A stretch of DNA of 64,000 bases from IMG/VR virus record IMGVR_UViG_3300025913_000018; one strand, written 5' to 3'. Origin of the DNA: a virus (taxonomy: Duplodnaviria; Heunggongvirae; Uroviricota; Caudoviricetes). A program made the translations under genes and the position numbers. How positions within the stretch are numbered: the stretch's first letter is position 1; each line of letters begins with the position of its first letter. Of this stretch, positions 28,954-38,869 are shown piece after piece. Below the pieces are notes generated by a model. That model made no database searches, was not told where the DNA came from, and was given only the letters and a program-made list of their open reading frames with translations.

Positions 28954-29655
28954 ATGACGATTGCCGGTACGAAGCTCGAAGTTGCGTTCAAGGCCCTTCG
29001 AGCGACGGGCTTCTTCGCCCGAGCGAACTTCCTGTGCTGCAACGGCTGTGCCTGCTCAGACATCGCTACCCGCTTCGAGGAGAAGGCGAAGGAAGCGAAG
29101 GCGGCGGGGAAGGAGCCGAAGATCCCGACGGCCTACGTCTTCTACCACCAGCAGGACAACGAGGCCGTGAAGGAGTTCTTCGGGAACGGTCGCCGCTGGA
29201 ATCGTCGCCAGAACGAGGAGGCCACCCTCTACCTCCGCTACGGCTCGGTCGACCTCGAAGGTCGCGAGGAGAAGGACAGCGAGGAGATCGGCGCCGAGAT
29301 CTGCGCGGCCCTGAAGAACGCGGGGATCACCTACGAGTGGGACGGCGACTCGGGTAAGTGCATCGAGGTCCTGATCAAGTCGGCCTTCGAGGCGGTCCCT
29401 CCCCCGGTCCCGGTCCTTCACGGACGCGACCTCCTCATGGCGACGTTCCTCGATCGCCCGGGCGGCCGGAAGCTCACGAGCGAGCAGTTCCTCGCCGTCT
29501 ACCTCGCGTGCGACGGGTACGGCGCCGTGAACGAGAAGTTCGCCCGCGCTCAGTGCTTCGATCGGTCCCACGTCCGCGACTCGTCCCCCGAGGCGGTCGA
29601 TCGCGCGGTCGCCATGATCGAGGCGTTCACGTCGAGCGCCGAGGCGGCGGCGTGA
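28954..29655 (+). CDS. DUF6891-like domain protein with C-terminal extension
   Basis: AFKALRATGFFARANFLCCNGC...YVFYHQQD...LYLRYG...EWDGDSGKCIEV. Confidence 0.7.
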   Translation: MTIAGTKLEVAFKALRATGFFARANFLCCNGCACSDIATRFEEKAKEAKAAGKEPKIPTAYVFYHQQDNEAVKEFFGNGRRWNRRQNEEATLYLRYGSVDLEGREEKDSEEIGAEICAALKNAGITYEWDGDSGKCIEVLIKSAFEAVPPPVPVLHGRDLLMATFLDRPGGRKLTSEQFLAVYLACDGYGAVNEKFARAQCFDRSHVRDSSPEAVDRAVAMIEAFTSSAEAAA

Positions 29656-30180
29656 GTCCCGGGATGGGTCGGCACCGCGCCTTCAGCCACGCACGAGACG
29701 CGGCGATCGAGGCATCTCGTGCGGGTACCCTCGCCCTGGAGACCGCGGTCGATTCGCGGAAGCTCGAAAGCCGGTACATCCCCTGGGGGATCCACGCGTA
29801 CGAGTTCGCCGCAAAGCAGCGCCACTACGCGGGTCTCGCCGCCGTCTACACCCTGATCGGACTGCTCGCGAAGGAAGCCTGAGAGATGCGCGAACCGAAG
29901 TGCGCGAGAGAGATGGCCGAGGCGGGCGACTACCCGGGCTCGCGCCAGGACCCGGCGATGCAGGCCAAGCTCCCCTACGGGCGGGTGATCACGCCCTGGA
30001 CGAAGGTCCTCGTGGACGGGGAGATCGAGTGCACGTGGGGCGAGTTCCTCCACTCGAACATCGAGGGGATCTCCGAGGAGGAGATCGAAGACATCCTCAA
30101 CACCCTCTACTGTCGCGAGACGTATGAGTCCCCGGCGGGCGCGAGCGCGAGCTGGACGGTAGCGTTGCTGACCCCCTGAG

Positions 30181-31449
30181 ATGGACTTCCTGATCCCGAA
30201 CACGAGCGAACCCGAAGGCCTGGCGAAGTGCCGGCTCTGCGAGGAATCGTTCCATTGGATCGGAGACCACGTCGTCTCGGCCCACTCGCTCGGACTGGCC
30301 GACTACCTGGAGAGGTTCCCGGGAGCCGAGACCTGCTCCCTCACCCTGAAGACGAAGTTCGAAGAGACGGCGAAGACCCGTACCCCGGCGAAGTCTCGAC
30401 CGTCGGTCGGGATCACGTTCGCGGGGATCCCCTTCTCCGTCGACCTTCGAGTCCCGGCGAGCGCGTGCCTCCCGATGCCTGAGCACTACGCGACCCCGAA
30501 GGTCGGTCGCCTCGCTCTCGACGTACAGGACGTCGCGGTCTCCCTGAAGCGGTCTCGGTCGATCTGGATCTGGGGGCCTCCCGGAACCGGAAAGGACGCC
30601 GTCCTCAGCGCCTGGTGCGCCCAGACGCGACGCCCGAGCCTCCTGTTCACGATCGTCCAGGGAGCGGACGTCACAGCCTGGAAGTACAGCCGCTCCTTCG
30701 ACGCTGAGGGAACGTCCTGGGAAGAGGGGCGTCTCCTGAAGGCGCTTCGAGACGGCTACCTCGCCCCGAACGGCGAGCGGGTCCCGTACCTGATCGTGTT
30801 CTCGGACTTTGATCGCGCGACCCGTCAACAGGCGGAAGAGCTGCGTCAGATTCTGGACTCGATCCAAGGCCGTATCACCGGGCCGACGGGAGAGGTCTGG
30901 CCCGTCTTCCCGGGGACGACGATCGTCGCGACGGCGAACACGAGCGGGTCCGGGGACGCGACGGGGCGGTGTATCTCGGCGAATCCGATCGACGCCTCCA
31001 TCCTCGACCGCTTCGAGCGAAAGATCAAGTTCCACTCGATGCACAAGGAGGATGAAGAGCCGATCCTCCAAGCGAAGTTCCCGAGACTCCACGAGAGCTT
31101 CCCGAAGGTGATCGGGGCGATCATGAACGGGACCGAGAAGGTCCGTGAGGCGATCGCAAAAGAGGAAGTCTACTGCGAGTGGTCCCACCGGACCGTCTGC
31201 GCTTGGGCGGGGGCGATCGAAGACCTCCTCGTCACCCTCCCGCGCGCCGAGACGAAGGGCCCGAAGCCGAAAGAGACTCCGAGCGGTCTCGTGAAGCGAG
31301 GGGCTCGGGTCGTACTGGACGGGCTGCCGGATACGGACACCCGGGACAACGTGAAGAGGATCTTGGATCCGCACATCTCCGGGGGGATGATTGGGGCGGG
31401 GAACACCGACCATATCGCCAGCAGCGGGCTGGGGCCTGGGGATTGGTAA
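30181..31449 (+). CDS. MoxR/CbbQ/CobS-like AAA+ ATPase with N-terminal Zn finger
   Basis: CRLC...H...H; Walker A WGPPGTGKD; Walker B-like IVFSDFDR; IVATANTSG; LDRF Arg finger. Confidence 0.85.
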   Translation: MDFLIPNTSEPEGLAKCRLCEESFHWIGDHVVSAHSLGLADYLERFPGAETCSLTLKTKFEETAKTRTPAKSRPSVGITFAGIPFSVDLRVPASACLPMPEHYATPKVGRLALDVQDVAVSLKRSRSIWIWGPPGTGKDAVLSAWCAQTRRPSLLFTIVQGADVTAWKYSRSFDAEGTSWEEGRLLKALRDGYLAPNGERVPYLIVFSDFDRATRQQAEELRQILDSIQGRITGPTGEVWPVFPGTTIVATANTSGSGDATGRCISANPIDASILDRFERKIKFHSMHKEDEEPILQAKFPRLHESFPKVIGAIMNGTEKVREAIAKEEVYCEWSHRTVCAWAGAIEDLLVTLPRAETKGPKPKETPSGLVKRGARVVLDGLPDTDTRDNVKRILDPHISGGMIGAGNTDHIASSGLGPGDW

Positions 31450-31490
31450 CCAAAAAGCGTAAGAGTTCAAGCAGTCGTCACCTCCAAGCA

Positions 31491-31518
31491 GTGTAGGGTT
31501 ACGACCCTCGCTCGTTTC
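31491..31518 (+). promoter_or_regulatory. Class I variant GTGTAG-N16-CGTTTC
   Basis: Same spacing, one mismatch. Confidence 0.55.
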
Positions 31519-31533
31519 TCAGAAAAGGAACCC

Positions 31534-32457
31534 ATGTCGAAAACGAAGCTCACCCAAGGCACCACGACCCAGCTCGCGATCCTCACCGTTCTGAAGCGCC
31601 TTCGGGAAGCGGGCCCGGTCGAGGTCGCGACGGTCACGGCGGAGATCTTGAAGGACATGGGCCTTCCCGCGAGCGCGAAGGACGAGAAGGAAGTTCGGAA
31701 CGCCATCAACAACGCGAAGTTCGCGCTGAACGTGGGCGTTCGCGACTGCCTGAAGAGCGAGAAGGGGAAGTGGTCGATCACGGAGATCGGCCTCGCCGCC
31801 GTCGAGACGGGCGTGATCCCCCCCGACAAGCGCGGGAAGGACAAGAAGAAGGGGAAGACCGAGGGAGGCGCCCCGAAGGCCGCTCCGAGCGCGAAGAAGG
31901 CTTCGAAGAAGTCCGACTCGGCCGCCTCGGAGGGCGACCCAGCCCCACCAGCGCCGGTCGTTCGCCCGAAGCCGCGTCTCTCGATCGTCGGGCCCGCGAC
32001 GACGGCGGACGAGTCGTGGGTCGAGGATGCGGAGATCCGAACCCTCGTCGTGGCGAACACGCCCTGTTACGGAACCTACAGCGCGGGGGCGACGGAGTGT
32101 GGAAAGTGTCCGTTGAGAGGTCACTGCGGGGACTCGCTGGCGAGGATGCTGACGGGGTTGGCCGAGGCGATCTCCGCCGAGGCGAACGGCCGAACCGTGA
32201 TCCCGGGCTCCCTGATCACGAAGGTCGGGACGGCCGGGGTGAAGGCTCTCTCGTCCGGTCCGCGGAACGCCGCGACGGCGGCGAAGCCTCTCACGATCTA
32301 CGTGGACGGGGCCGTCTGCGCTCGGAGCGGGGTAGCGATGCCGAAGGGGTCGAAGGCCTACTACGTGAAGGGCGCCGGGAACGTCGCCTTCGAGGCCCTC
32401 ACCGACGAAGAGCGCGCGATCTTCCCGTACGACCTCGGGCTGGCCGTAACCCCGTAG
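31534..32457 (+). CDS. Mrr-N-like winged helix, Lys/Ala-rich linker and Cys4 cluster
   Basis: EVRNAINNAKFAL...EKGKWSITEIG; CYGTYSAGATECGKCPLRGHC. Confidence 0.55.
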   Translation: MSKTKLTQGTTTQLAILTVLKRLREAGPVEVATVTAEILKDMGLPASAKDEKEVRNAINNAKFALNVGVRDCLKSEKGKWSITEIGLAAVETGVIPPDKRGKDKKKGKTEGGAPKAAPSAKKASKKSDSAASEGDPAPPAPVVRPKPRLSIVGPATTADESWVEDAEIRTLVVANTPCYGTYSAGATECGKCPLRGHCGDSLARMLTGLAEAISAEANGRTVIPGSLITKVGTAGVKALSSGPRNAATAAKPLTIYVDGAVCARSGVAMPKGSKAYYVKGAGNVAFEALTDEERAIFPYDLGLAVTP

Positions 32458-32470
32458 CCTTCGAGGCCCC

Positions 32471-32971
32471 ATGACGCGGGCGACGGGCGGGCCTAGGAAG
32501 CTCGGGGACCGAGAGATCGTCACGGACCCTACTCGGACGATCTCGGAGCGCGTAGCGGCCGGGGCGAGGCTCTGGGACTCGATCAACACGGCGAACGCCG
32601 CGCTCGAAGTCCTGAAGACCGACCTCCGGAAGATCGCCTCGAAGTCGGGGGAAGCGGGGACGGTGACGTTCGAGGGGGACGGGCTGACCCGGGCGTTCGT
32701 GATCACGCCCCTTCCGGCCCTCTACCTGAAGAAAGGGAAGAACCCGGCTCCGCTGGCGGGGAAGCTCGGGGCGAACTTCGGGAGGATCTTCCGGGAATCG
32801 AAGACGTGGGTCGTTCGAGAGAACGCGTCTGCGATCTTCGCCCGTCTCCCGCGGAAGCTCCAGGAAGCTCTCCTCGACGTCCTCGGGGAGGACGCAGGGA
32901 AGCCGAGGGTGACGTTCCAGTACGGGGGCGCGGGACTCTCCGACATTTCGAGTGTAGAAAGGGGCCGCTGA
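32471..32971 (+). CDS. Hypothetical protein
   Basis: 166 aa. Confidence 0.65.
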   Translation: MTRATGGPRKLGDREIVTDPTRTISERVAAGARLWDSINTANAALEVLKTDLRKIASKSGEAGTVTFEGDGLTRAFVITPLPALYLKKGKNPAPLAGKLGANFGRIFRESKTWVVRENASAIFARLPRKLQEALLDVLGEDAGKPRVTFQYGGAGLSDISSVERGR

Positions 32972-32979
32972 GTCGTTAC
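32952..32979 (+). promoter_or_regulatory. Class I motif GTGTAG-N16-CGTTAC
   Basis: Exact motif, GGAG and ATG 32996. Confidence 0.75.
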
Positions 32980-32995
32980 AGACTCGGAGACCACC

Positions 32996-34197
32996 ATGAC
33001 CCTCGACACCTTGATCACGGTCCTTCAGAGAGCCCGCGCGTCCTCCCCTTTGAAGGGTGAGACGGTCGTGACCCTCTGCCGTAAGGGAAGCGGCGTCCCG
33101 AACGCAACGATCGAAGACGTCTTCATCCAGCTCGAAGACGAGGGGGCGCTGGTGGAGATCATCGGGACCTTCGAGGGAGACCCGTCGTGAGCACGCTCGC
33201 CACCCCCGCGTTCATCGACTCGGCCGGCCACCTCGAAGCTCGGTTCGAAGACGGCCACGACACGGTGACGGTCGTCCTCAACCACAGCGCGGCCTCGGGG
33301 AGGATCCTCGCCTACGCTCCCTACTACAAGTACCGGGCGTGGGAGGACGGTCCGAAGGACCGAGAGACCTACCAGCGTCTCGCGCTGGAGGCGTTCACGA
33401 GCGGCCTCGGGAAGATCTCGGCCGATTCCTTCGGGGACCTCTACGCAGTAGTGGGGCTGTGATGGGATACTCGTCCCTCACGAAGACGAACCCGCGGCAA
33501 TTCGAGGTCGAGATCCTCGGCCACCGTCGCCCCTCCCTCGGGGAGGTCTTCGAGATCGAAGTCGGGCCGCACCGCGTTCGGATCGAAGTCCAGTGCATGG
33601 ACAAGGCCGGACCGATCGCCCTCGTGGAGAAGACCGACGGGGGCGGAGCCTGCTCCGCGGGGACTCGAAGCCGCGTCATCAGCGACCGGAAGGAAGCGCC
33701 CCCGGACGTCGGGATGAGCGAGCACGAACGGAACTGGGAAGACTTCCAGATGGTCCAGGAGAGCGCTCTACTCGAACGCGAGGAGAACCTCGACCTGGAG
33801 CTGGACTACCCGGAGGACGTCCTGAAGGACGCCCTCGATCAGGTCGACCCGGACGGAGACCCGTCCTTCGATAGCGACTGGGACGACTAAGGTTGTCTCC
33901 GGGGGAGGCCCCATGAGAGTAGTGAAGAGAACCCTCCTCGGCTCCTTCAGCCGAGACACGAAGCTGTCTTTCAACGAGTTCTGTAACCTCGTAGGACGAA
34001 ACCGAGACGGGGACCCTCCGGCCCTCGCTGAGCGAAAGAAGGGGAGAGGGCTCGGAGCCCGTAAGCGTCGAGCGAGAGAAGCTCGGGCCCTTCGAGCGAA
34101 GGCGACCGACCGTCTCCGGGGTCTCCCGAACGGTCACTGGTACCCGCGTCGCACGATACGTGAGTGGTTGGAACGCGTCAGCGCGCCAGCCCTCTAA
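32996..34197 (+). CDS. Four small genes (32996..33190, 33187..33462, 33462..33890 with acidic tail, 33913..34197)
   Basis: Coupled ORFs. Confidence 0.55.
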
Positions 34198-34565
34198 ACC
34201 TACAACGGAGTCGTGACAGGTAGTCACGAGCCGGTAACAGCCTATCACGGGGTCCGCTCCTCCAGGGGAGTCGGACCCCACTTTCGTAGAACCGCTTAAA
34301 AAACTGTTCGGGGGGGTCCACACCACGCAAATTTGCGAATTCGACCGGTAGTGATTTTCCCACACTCGATTTGAAATCGTTTCAATTACCCGAAAGGAAG
34401 TGGGGCTTCGCCCTTTTCCGTTCCCTCATAACACCCCCACCTCGGACCCCCTCAGTTCCGGTATAAATGCCGGCCACGGTTCCCCGAATCGCGTTTCCCT
34501 CGAAATTTCGGCGGCCCGTTTTTTCCAGGTCGATTTGGAATGGGGGTCCTCGGCGTAAGGGGCGA
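34198..34565. other. Non-coding island partly homologous, in inverted orientation, to 22.2-22.35 kb
   Basis: TTGAAATCGTTTCAA at 34371-34385; reverse complement of 34390-34412 resembles 22246-22267. Confidence 0.5.
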
Positions 34566-35036
34566 ATGACCGACACCGGAACCTTCGTCACTGCGCTCCA
34601 CCCCGAGGCTCTCGCGAACCTGGCCCGGGAGATTCCCGAGAGGCCCTTCCCGGACGAGAACCACGCCCCCTTCCCGAACCTCCGACGGTTCTGGGCCACG
34701 GTGGACGCGTTCGAAGACGGGACCTGGTCCTTGGACATGTACGACCTGAAGGACGGGCTCGGGTACTTCGCTACGTACACGCCCGGGTCTCCGGGGACGA
34801 CCGAGGTCGGGAAGCTTCGAGTCGGGGGGACGGTCGCCATCTACGTCTGGGGAGAGGACGAAGACTCTCGGGTCCATTACGTCGCCCTGGCCACGAAGGT
34901 CGAGGCTCCCCTCCAGCTCTCTTTCGAGGAGTGGTGCGAGCACATCTCCGAGCAGTACCACTCCTTCCACCCCCCGGCCGGCCCCCTCTCCTTCGAGGAC
35001 TTCGTGAAGACCCTCCAGAAGAAGCTCTCCTCATGA
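34566..35036 (+). CDS. Hypothetical protein
   Basis: ATG 7 nt after GCGTAA. Confidence 0.65.
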   Translation: MTDTGTFVTALHPEALANLAREIPERPFPDENHAPFPNLRRFWATVDAFEDGTWSLDMYDLKDGLGYFATYTPGSPGTTEVGKLRVGGTVAIYVWGEDEDSRVHYVALATKVEAPLQLSFEEWCEHISEQYHSFHPPAGPLSFEDFVKTLQKKLSS

Positions 35037-36316
35037 AGGACGAGACGAACACGGAGGAGCGGGCTTTCTGGCGGGACACGTACCTCGCCTACATGCGTAT
35101 TCTCGCGAATGGTCACCCCTACATGAGCGGGGCCGGGACACCTCGAACGGCAGAGGAGGTAGCCGACGAGGCCCTCGCCGAGTACCGAACCCGGTTTAGC
35201 CGGTAAGCTCTCTCCATGGACGCGAAGTGCAGGGCTCCCGAGTACGTCCCGAACTTCGACTTGGTAGACGAGTCGACCGCTCGGACCATCATGACAAACA
35301 TCCGGAACGCCGGAGTCGAGGCGATGTACTTCCGCCGGTACGACTCGTACTCGACCTTCTTCGGTCGAACTCAGTATCCCAACTTCATCGAGCCGAGCTA
35401 CGTCGTAGATCCCGCTTACAAGGTCGCGCCGTGAACGAGCCGGACCAATATGGCCTGAAGCTCGCGGAACTCGAAAAGAAGTGCTCCGAGGCTCGGGCCG
35501 AGTTCTATCGAGCCCAGGACAAGAAGTCGGCTGCCTTCGTAGAGGAGTCGCTTTTCCGATGGGCTCGCGCGTACAAGACCGAACCTCCGGTCGGAACCCG
35601 CGTTCGTCACGTCGAGACTCGAAGGACCGGAGTCGTGGAGAGACCTACCCAAAACGAAGCCGAGCGGCTCGCCGGGGTCCCGGCCGGAGATCGAGTCGGG
35701 GTCGCGTGGGACGAAGGGTTTTCGGCCGAGGTGACCTGGTTCTGGCTCGAACCCGCGTAGGGTCGAGGCATGGCGTTTCCGTCTCTGTGCCGAAAGCTGA
35801 TCCCCTCTTCTCCCGGGGTCCTCACCTTCTTCGAGGACTATTGCGAGCTGGAGGCGGGTCACGAAGGGAAGTGTCGGTTCCTTTCGTCTGAGGAGCGGGA
35901 GAAGCTCCGGGCGCAATACGACGCGGACAACAAGCGGTAGGGTCGGGGATGTCCATGTCTGACCTTCCCGAGTCTCTCGTCAGTCTTCGTAAACTGATCG
36001 ACTTCGCCCGAGGGGAAGACCAGGCGAAGGTCGCTGCGGGGAATCCGGATCCGCTGAAGGCCACGGTGACGATCTCCCTCGATCTTGCCTATGGGCTGCT
36101 CGACGCGGGAGAGAACCTCCTTCGGTTGGAGAAGGCTCTCCAGGCGAAGCGGGACGCTGACCACTTGATCGACAAGATCCTCCCCCGACACCCCCGGACT
36201 AGGTAAGCCATGTCGCACGAAGAAGAGTGGGACGTTCCCTGTCACTGTGTATGTCACGTCCGTCCCGGCGTTCTCCACGTCACGCCCTGCTGTCACGCTC
36301 CCTCCTTCACGGCTCT

Positions 36317-36510
36317 CGAAGAGGGCCTCGTGGAAGACGCCGAACGACAGCGAGAGATCACGAAGGAGTGGTCGGTGACAGACGGGGACGGGCTCGACAC
36401 CGGTCGGCTCCCGAAGAGGGCCTCGTGGAAGACGCCGAACGACAGCGAGAGATCACGAAGGAGTGGTCGGTGACAGACGGGGACGGGCTCGACACCGGTC
36501 GGCTCCCGAA
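36317..36510 (+). repeat. Exact 95-bp tandem duplication
   Basis: 36317-36411 repeated at 36412-36506, with CGAA at each junction. Confidence 0.9.
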
Positions 36511-36773
36511 CTGCTCATGAGGAGCTTCAACTCGGACTACCCTCCCGGCGTTCCTCGCGTTCCCGGCTACTACTGGCGGAAGCGAACCGCGGGTCTCTGG
36601 AAGGACACCCAGATCGTCCGCGTCGCCTACGAGCACGAAGGCTTCGAGAACGACAAGGACTACCCGGGGCGTCTTTTCATCTGGGAGACCGGCGGGGATT
36701 CTCCCGACGTCGTAGACCCCGAGGACCGGACGACCCTCTGGAGCGAACCGCTCGTCCCTCCTCAGAATTGGTA

Positions 36774-36801
36774 GTGTAGGGTTCCGCCTCTCGTTCGTTA
36801 G
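36774..36801 (+). promoter_or_regulatory. Class I motif GTGTAG-N16-CGTTAG
   Basis: Before ATG 36810. Confidence 0.7.
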
Positions 36802-37909
36802 AGGGGCGTATGAGCCACGCGATCTTCACCCGTACCTCCGACGGCCACACCGTCTCCGTCCACGCCCTCGGGACCTGGAACAAGGAGACCGCCCTTCGTC
36901 GGGCTCGGGAGTTGAACCTTCCTCTCGGGACCTACCGGGTCGCGCCGACCGATCGCGGGGCTTCCTCGTTCGTCTTCGAGGTCGAGACGTACCAGGAGAT
37001 CTCCGAGGGAGAGGGCCAGTGGTCCCCCATCCACGCCGAGGTACTTTCGAGAAACTCTCGGGAAGTGACCCTTCGGATCCTCGCCCCCTTCTCGGGCCGG
37101 AACGCCGAGTACCGCCGGGGGGCGACCGTGAAGCTCCTCGCCGAGCACTACCGCGAAAAGCCGTAGGACGCCCCGAGAGGCGTCGACCCGTCCGGACGTC
37201 CGGACCCCTGGCTGGAGCCGGGAAACCGCCCTACGGAGCCTCCTAGAGCCTCCGGGAAAGAGTAACGACCAAGATGGAATCTGGGAACGGAAGTCGCGGG
37301 AACGTGTTCGTGCACAAGTGCTACTTGATTCTGGAGTTCGATATCCGAAAGGTCACCGACTCGGAACCGACGACTCCCTTTCGGTCTTCAGAGAAACCGA
37401 GGGCCGCGACCGCGGAGCCGGACCCCAACGGATTCGTGTTCCAGCGCTTCACCCTTCGCAGCTCGTCCTCGTGGGACGGCCATACCCACCGGAAGGTGGC
37501 CTCGACGACCTTCTTCGTGACGGAGGCGGACTCGTACCAGGCCGCCCAAGATCGGATGGTCGAGGCGGCGAAGTACCTCGCCCCGCTGATGAAGGACAGC
37601 CTCTGGCCTTCGATCTTCGAGTGGATGAAGAAGCAGGGATTGATCGAGGAGTAAGTCCAACATGCCCCGAGCCCGAGTAATCCGACGCGCCAGTACGATG
37701 CGGGACGGCCGTACGGACGCGAAGTACCTCGACGGGTCTCGGATCGAGTACACGGCTCGTCGGTGCGGTCACGTCTACGTGATCGACCACTCGAAGGGGA
37801 AAGCTCCCGGAGGCGCTTGGACTCCAGGAATGGCCTCTCATCTCGCGAAACGATGGGCTCATGGCGGCTGTATCGCCGTCTGCCCGGTCTGCGTGAAGGA
37901 AGGAAAGCG

Positions 37910-38869
37910 ATGACGACGGATACGAAGGCGGAGGAGGATTGGGGTCATCGGTTCTCCAAAGAGATGGACCTCGATGAATTGGCCGTTCTTTCCTCGAAGA
38001 TCAGCCAACGTCTCGCCCGGGGCGAGATCTCCGAATTGGAGATCCATTCCATCTACCGAGAAGCCCTCTCGGTCTTCCATCAGCTCTCGAAGGACGACGA
38101 GAACTACGGGCTCCTGAACGCTCTCTTGGACGTTCTCCTCGGGGCCTCGTCCGCTCTGGCCGAAGAGGAAGAAGAGAAGGCACGGAAGAATCTGAAGCCC
38201 GCTTCGCCGAAGTGGGACGAGAAGACCCGAGCGGTGGCGGACGCCCTGGTGCGCCGGTTCTCCGACGACAACCTCGATCTCCGGGGACTGATCCAGCTCT
38301 CTTCCGAACTCAGCCACTTCCTCGCCCGACGTCAGCTCCCGGTGGAAGGGATCGCCCTGATCCTCCACGCTGCGAACCGGGCCCATCCGAAGTCTCTGAA
38401 AGAGTCGGAGAGCGAGTACCTCCGGGCGCTCGTGGACATCCTCTCTGGGGCTCTGTCGGCCATGATCGACGACGGCGAGAAGGAGCTGGCGGCGGAGATG
38501 AAGGCCAACCCCTCGAAGTTCCACGAGGCCTTCGTTCGGAGGTTCTTCTCTCGGTTGAAGTGGACCGACGACTGCCAGGGCAAGAAGGACTACGACGGGG
38601 AGATCTTGACCCTCTCCTCGCGCTACTGGCCTCGGGGCGGCGGCTACCACGTCAGCACCGGTGGAGGTCCTTGGGAGGGGAACGAGACCCGTCCGGAGAT
38701 AAAGCCTTCGGCCGTCTCTTCGATCCTCCTCTTCGGGGAGAGTCTCGTTGGGAAGGACTTCGAAGGGGAGACCCAGGAGGAAGTCCAGCGGGCCGTCGAG
38801 GCTTGGGTGGAGAAGACGATCACTTCGCTCGTCGACCATCTCCGCTCCTGGAAGGAACCGACCCCGTGA
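37910..38869 (+). CDS. Protein with tandem-duplicated helical domain and a distinct C-terminal domain
   Basis: RFS..DL..L..LSS..S..LAR...AL.D.L.GA.SA occurs twice. Confidence 0.7.
   Translation: MTTDTKAEEDWGHRFSKEMDLDELAVLSSKISQRLARGEISELEIHSIYREALSVFHQLSKDDENYGLLNALLDVLLGASSALAEEEEEKARKNLKPASPKWDEKTRAVADALVRRFSDDNLDLRGLIQLSSELSHFLARRQLPVEGIALILHAANRAHPKSLKESESEYLRALVDILSGALSAMIDDGEKELAAEMKANPSKFHEAFVRRFFSRLKWTDDCQGKKDYDGEILTLSSRYWPRGGGYHVSTGGGPWEGNETRPEIKPSAVSSILLFGESLVGKDFEGETQEEVQRAVEAWVEKTITSLVDHLRSWKEPTP

Noticed and set aside
34461-34469. T4 late-promoter-like TATAAAT
   Set aside because: Single occurrence with imperfect match; not a recurrent motif.
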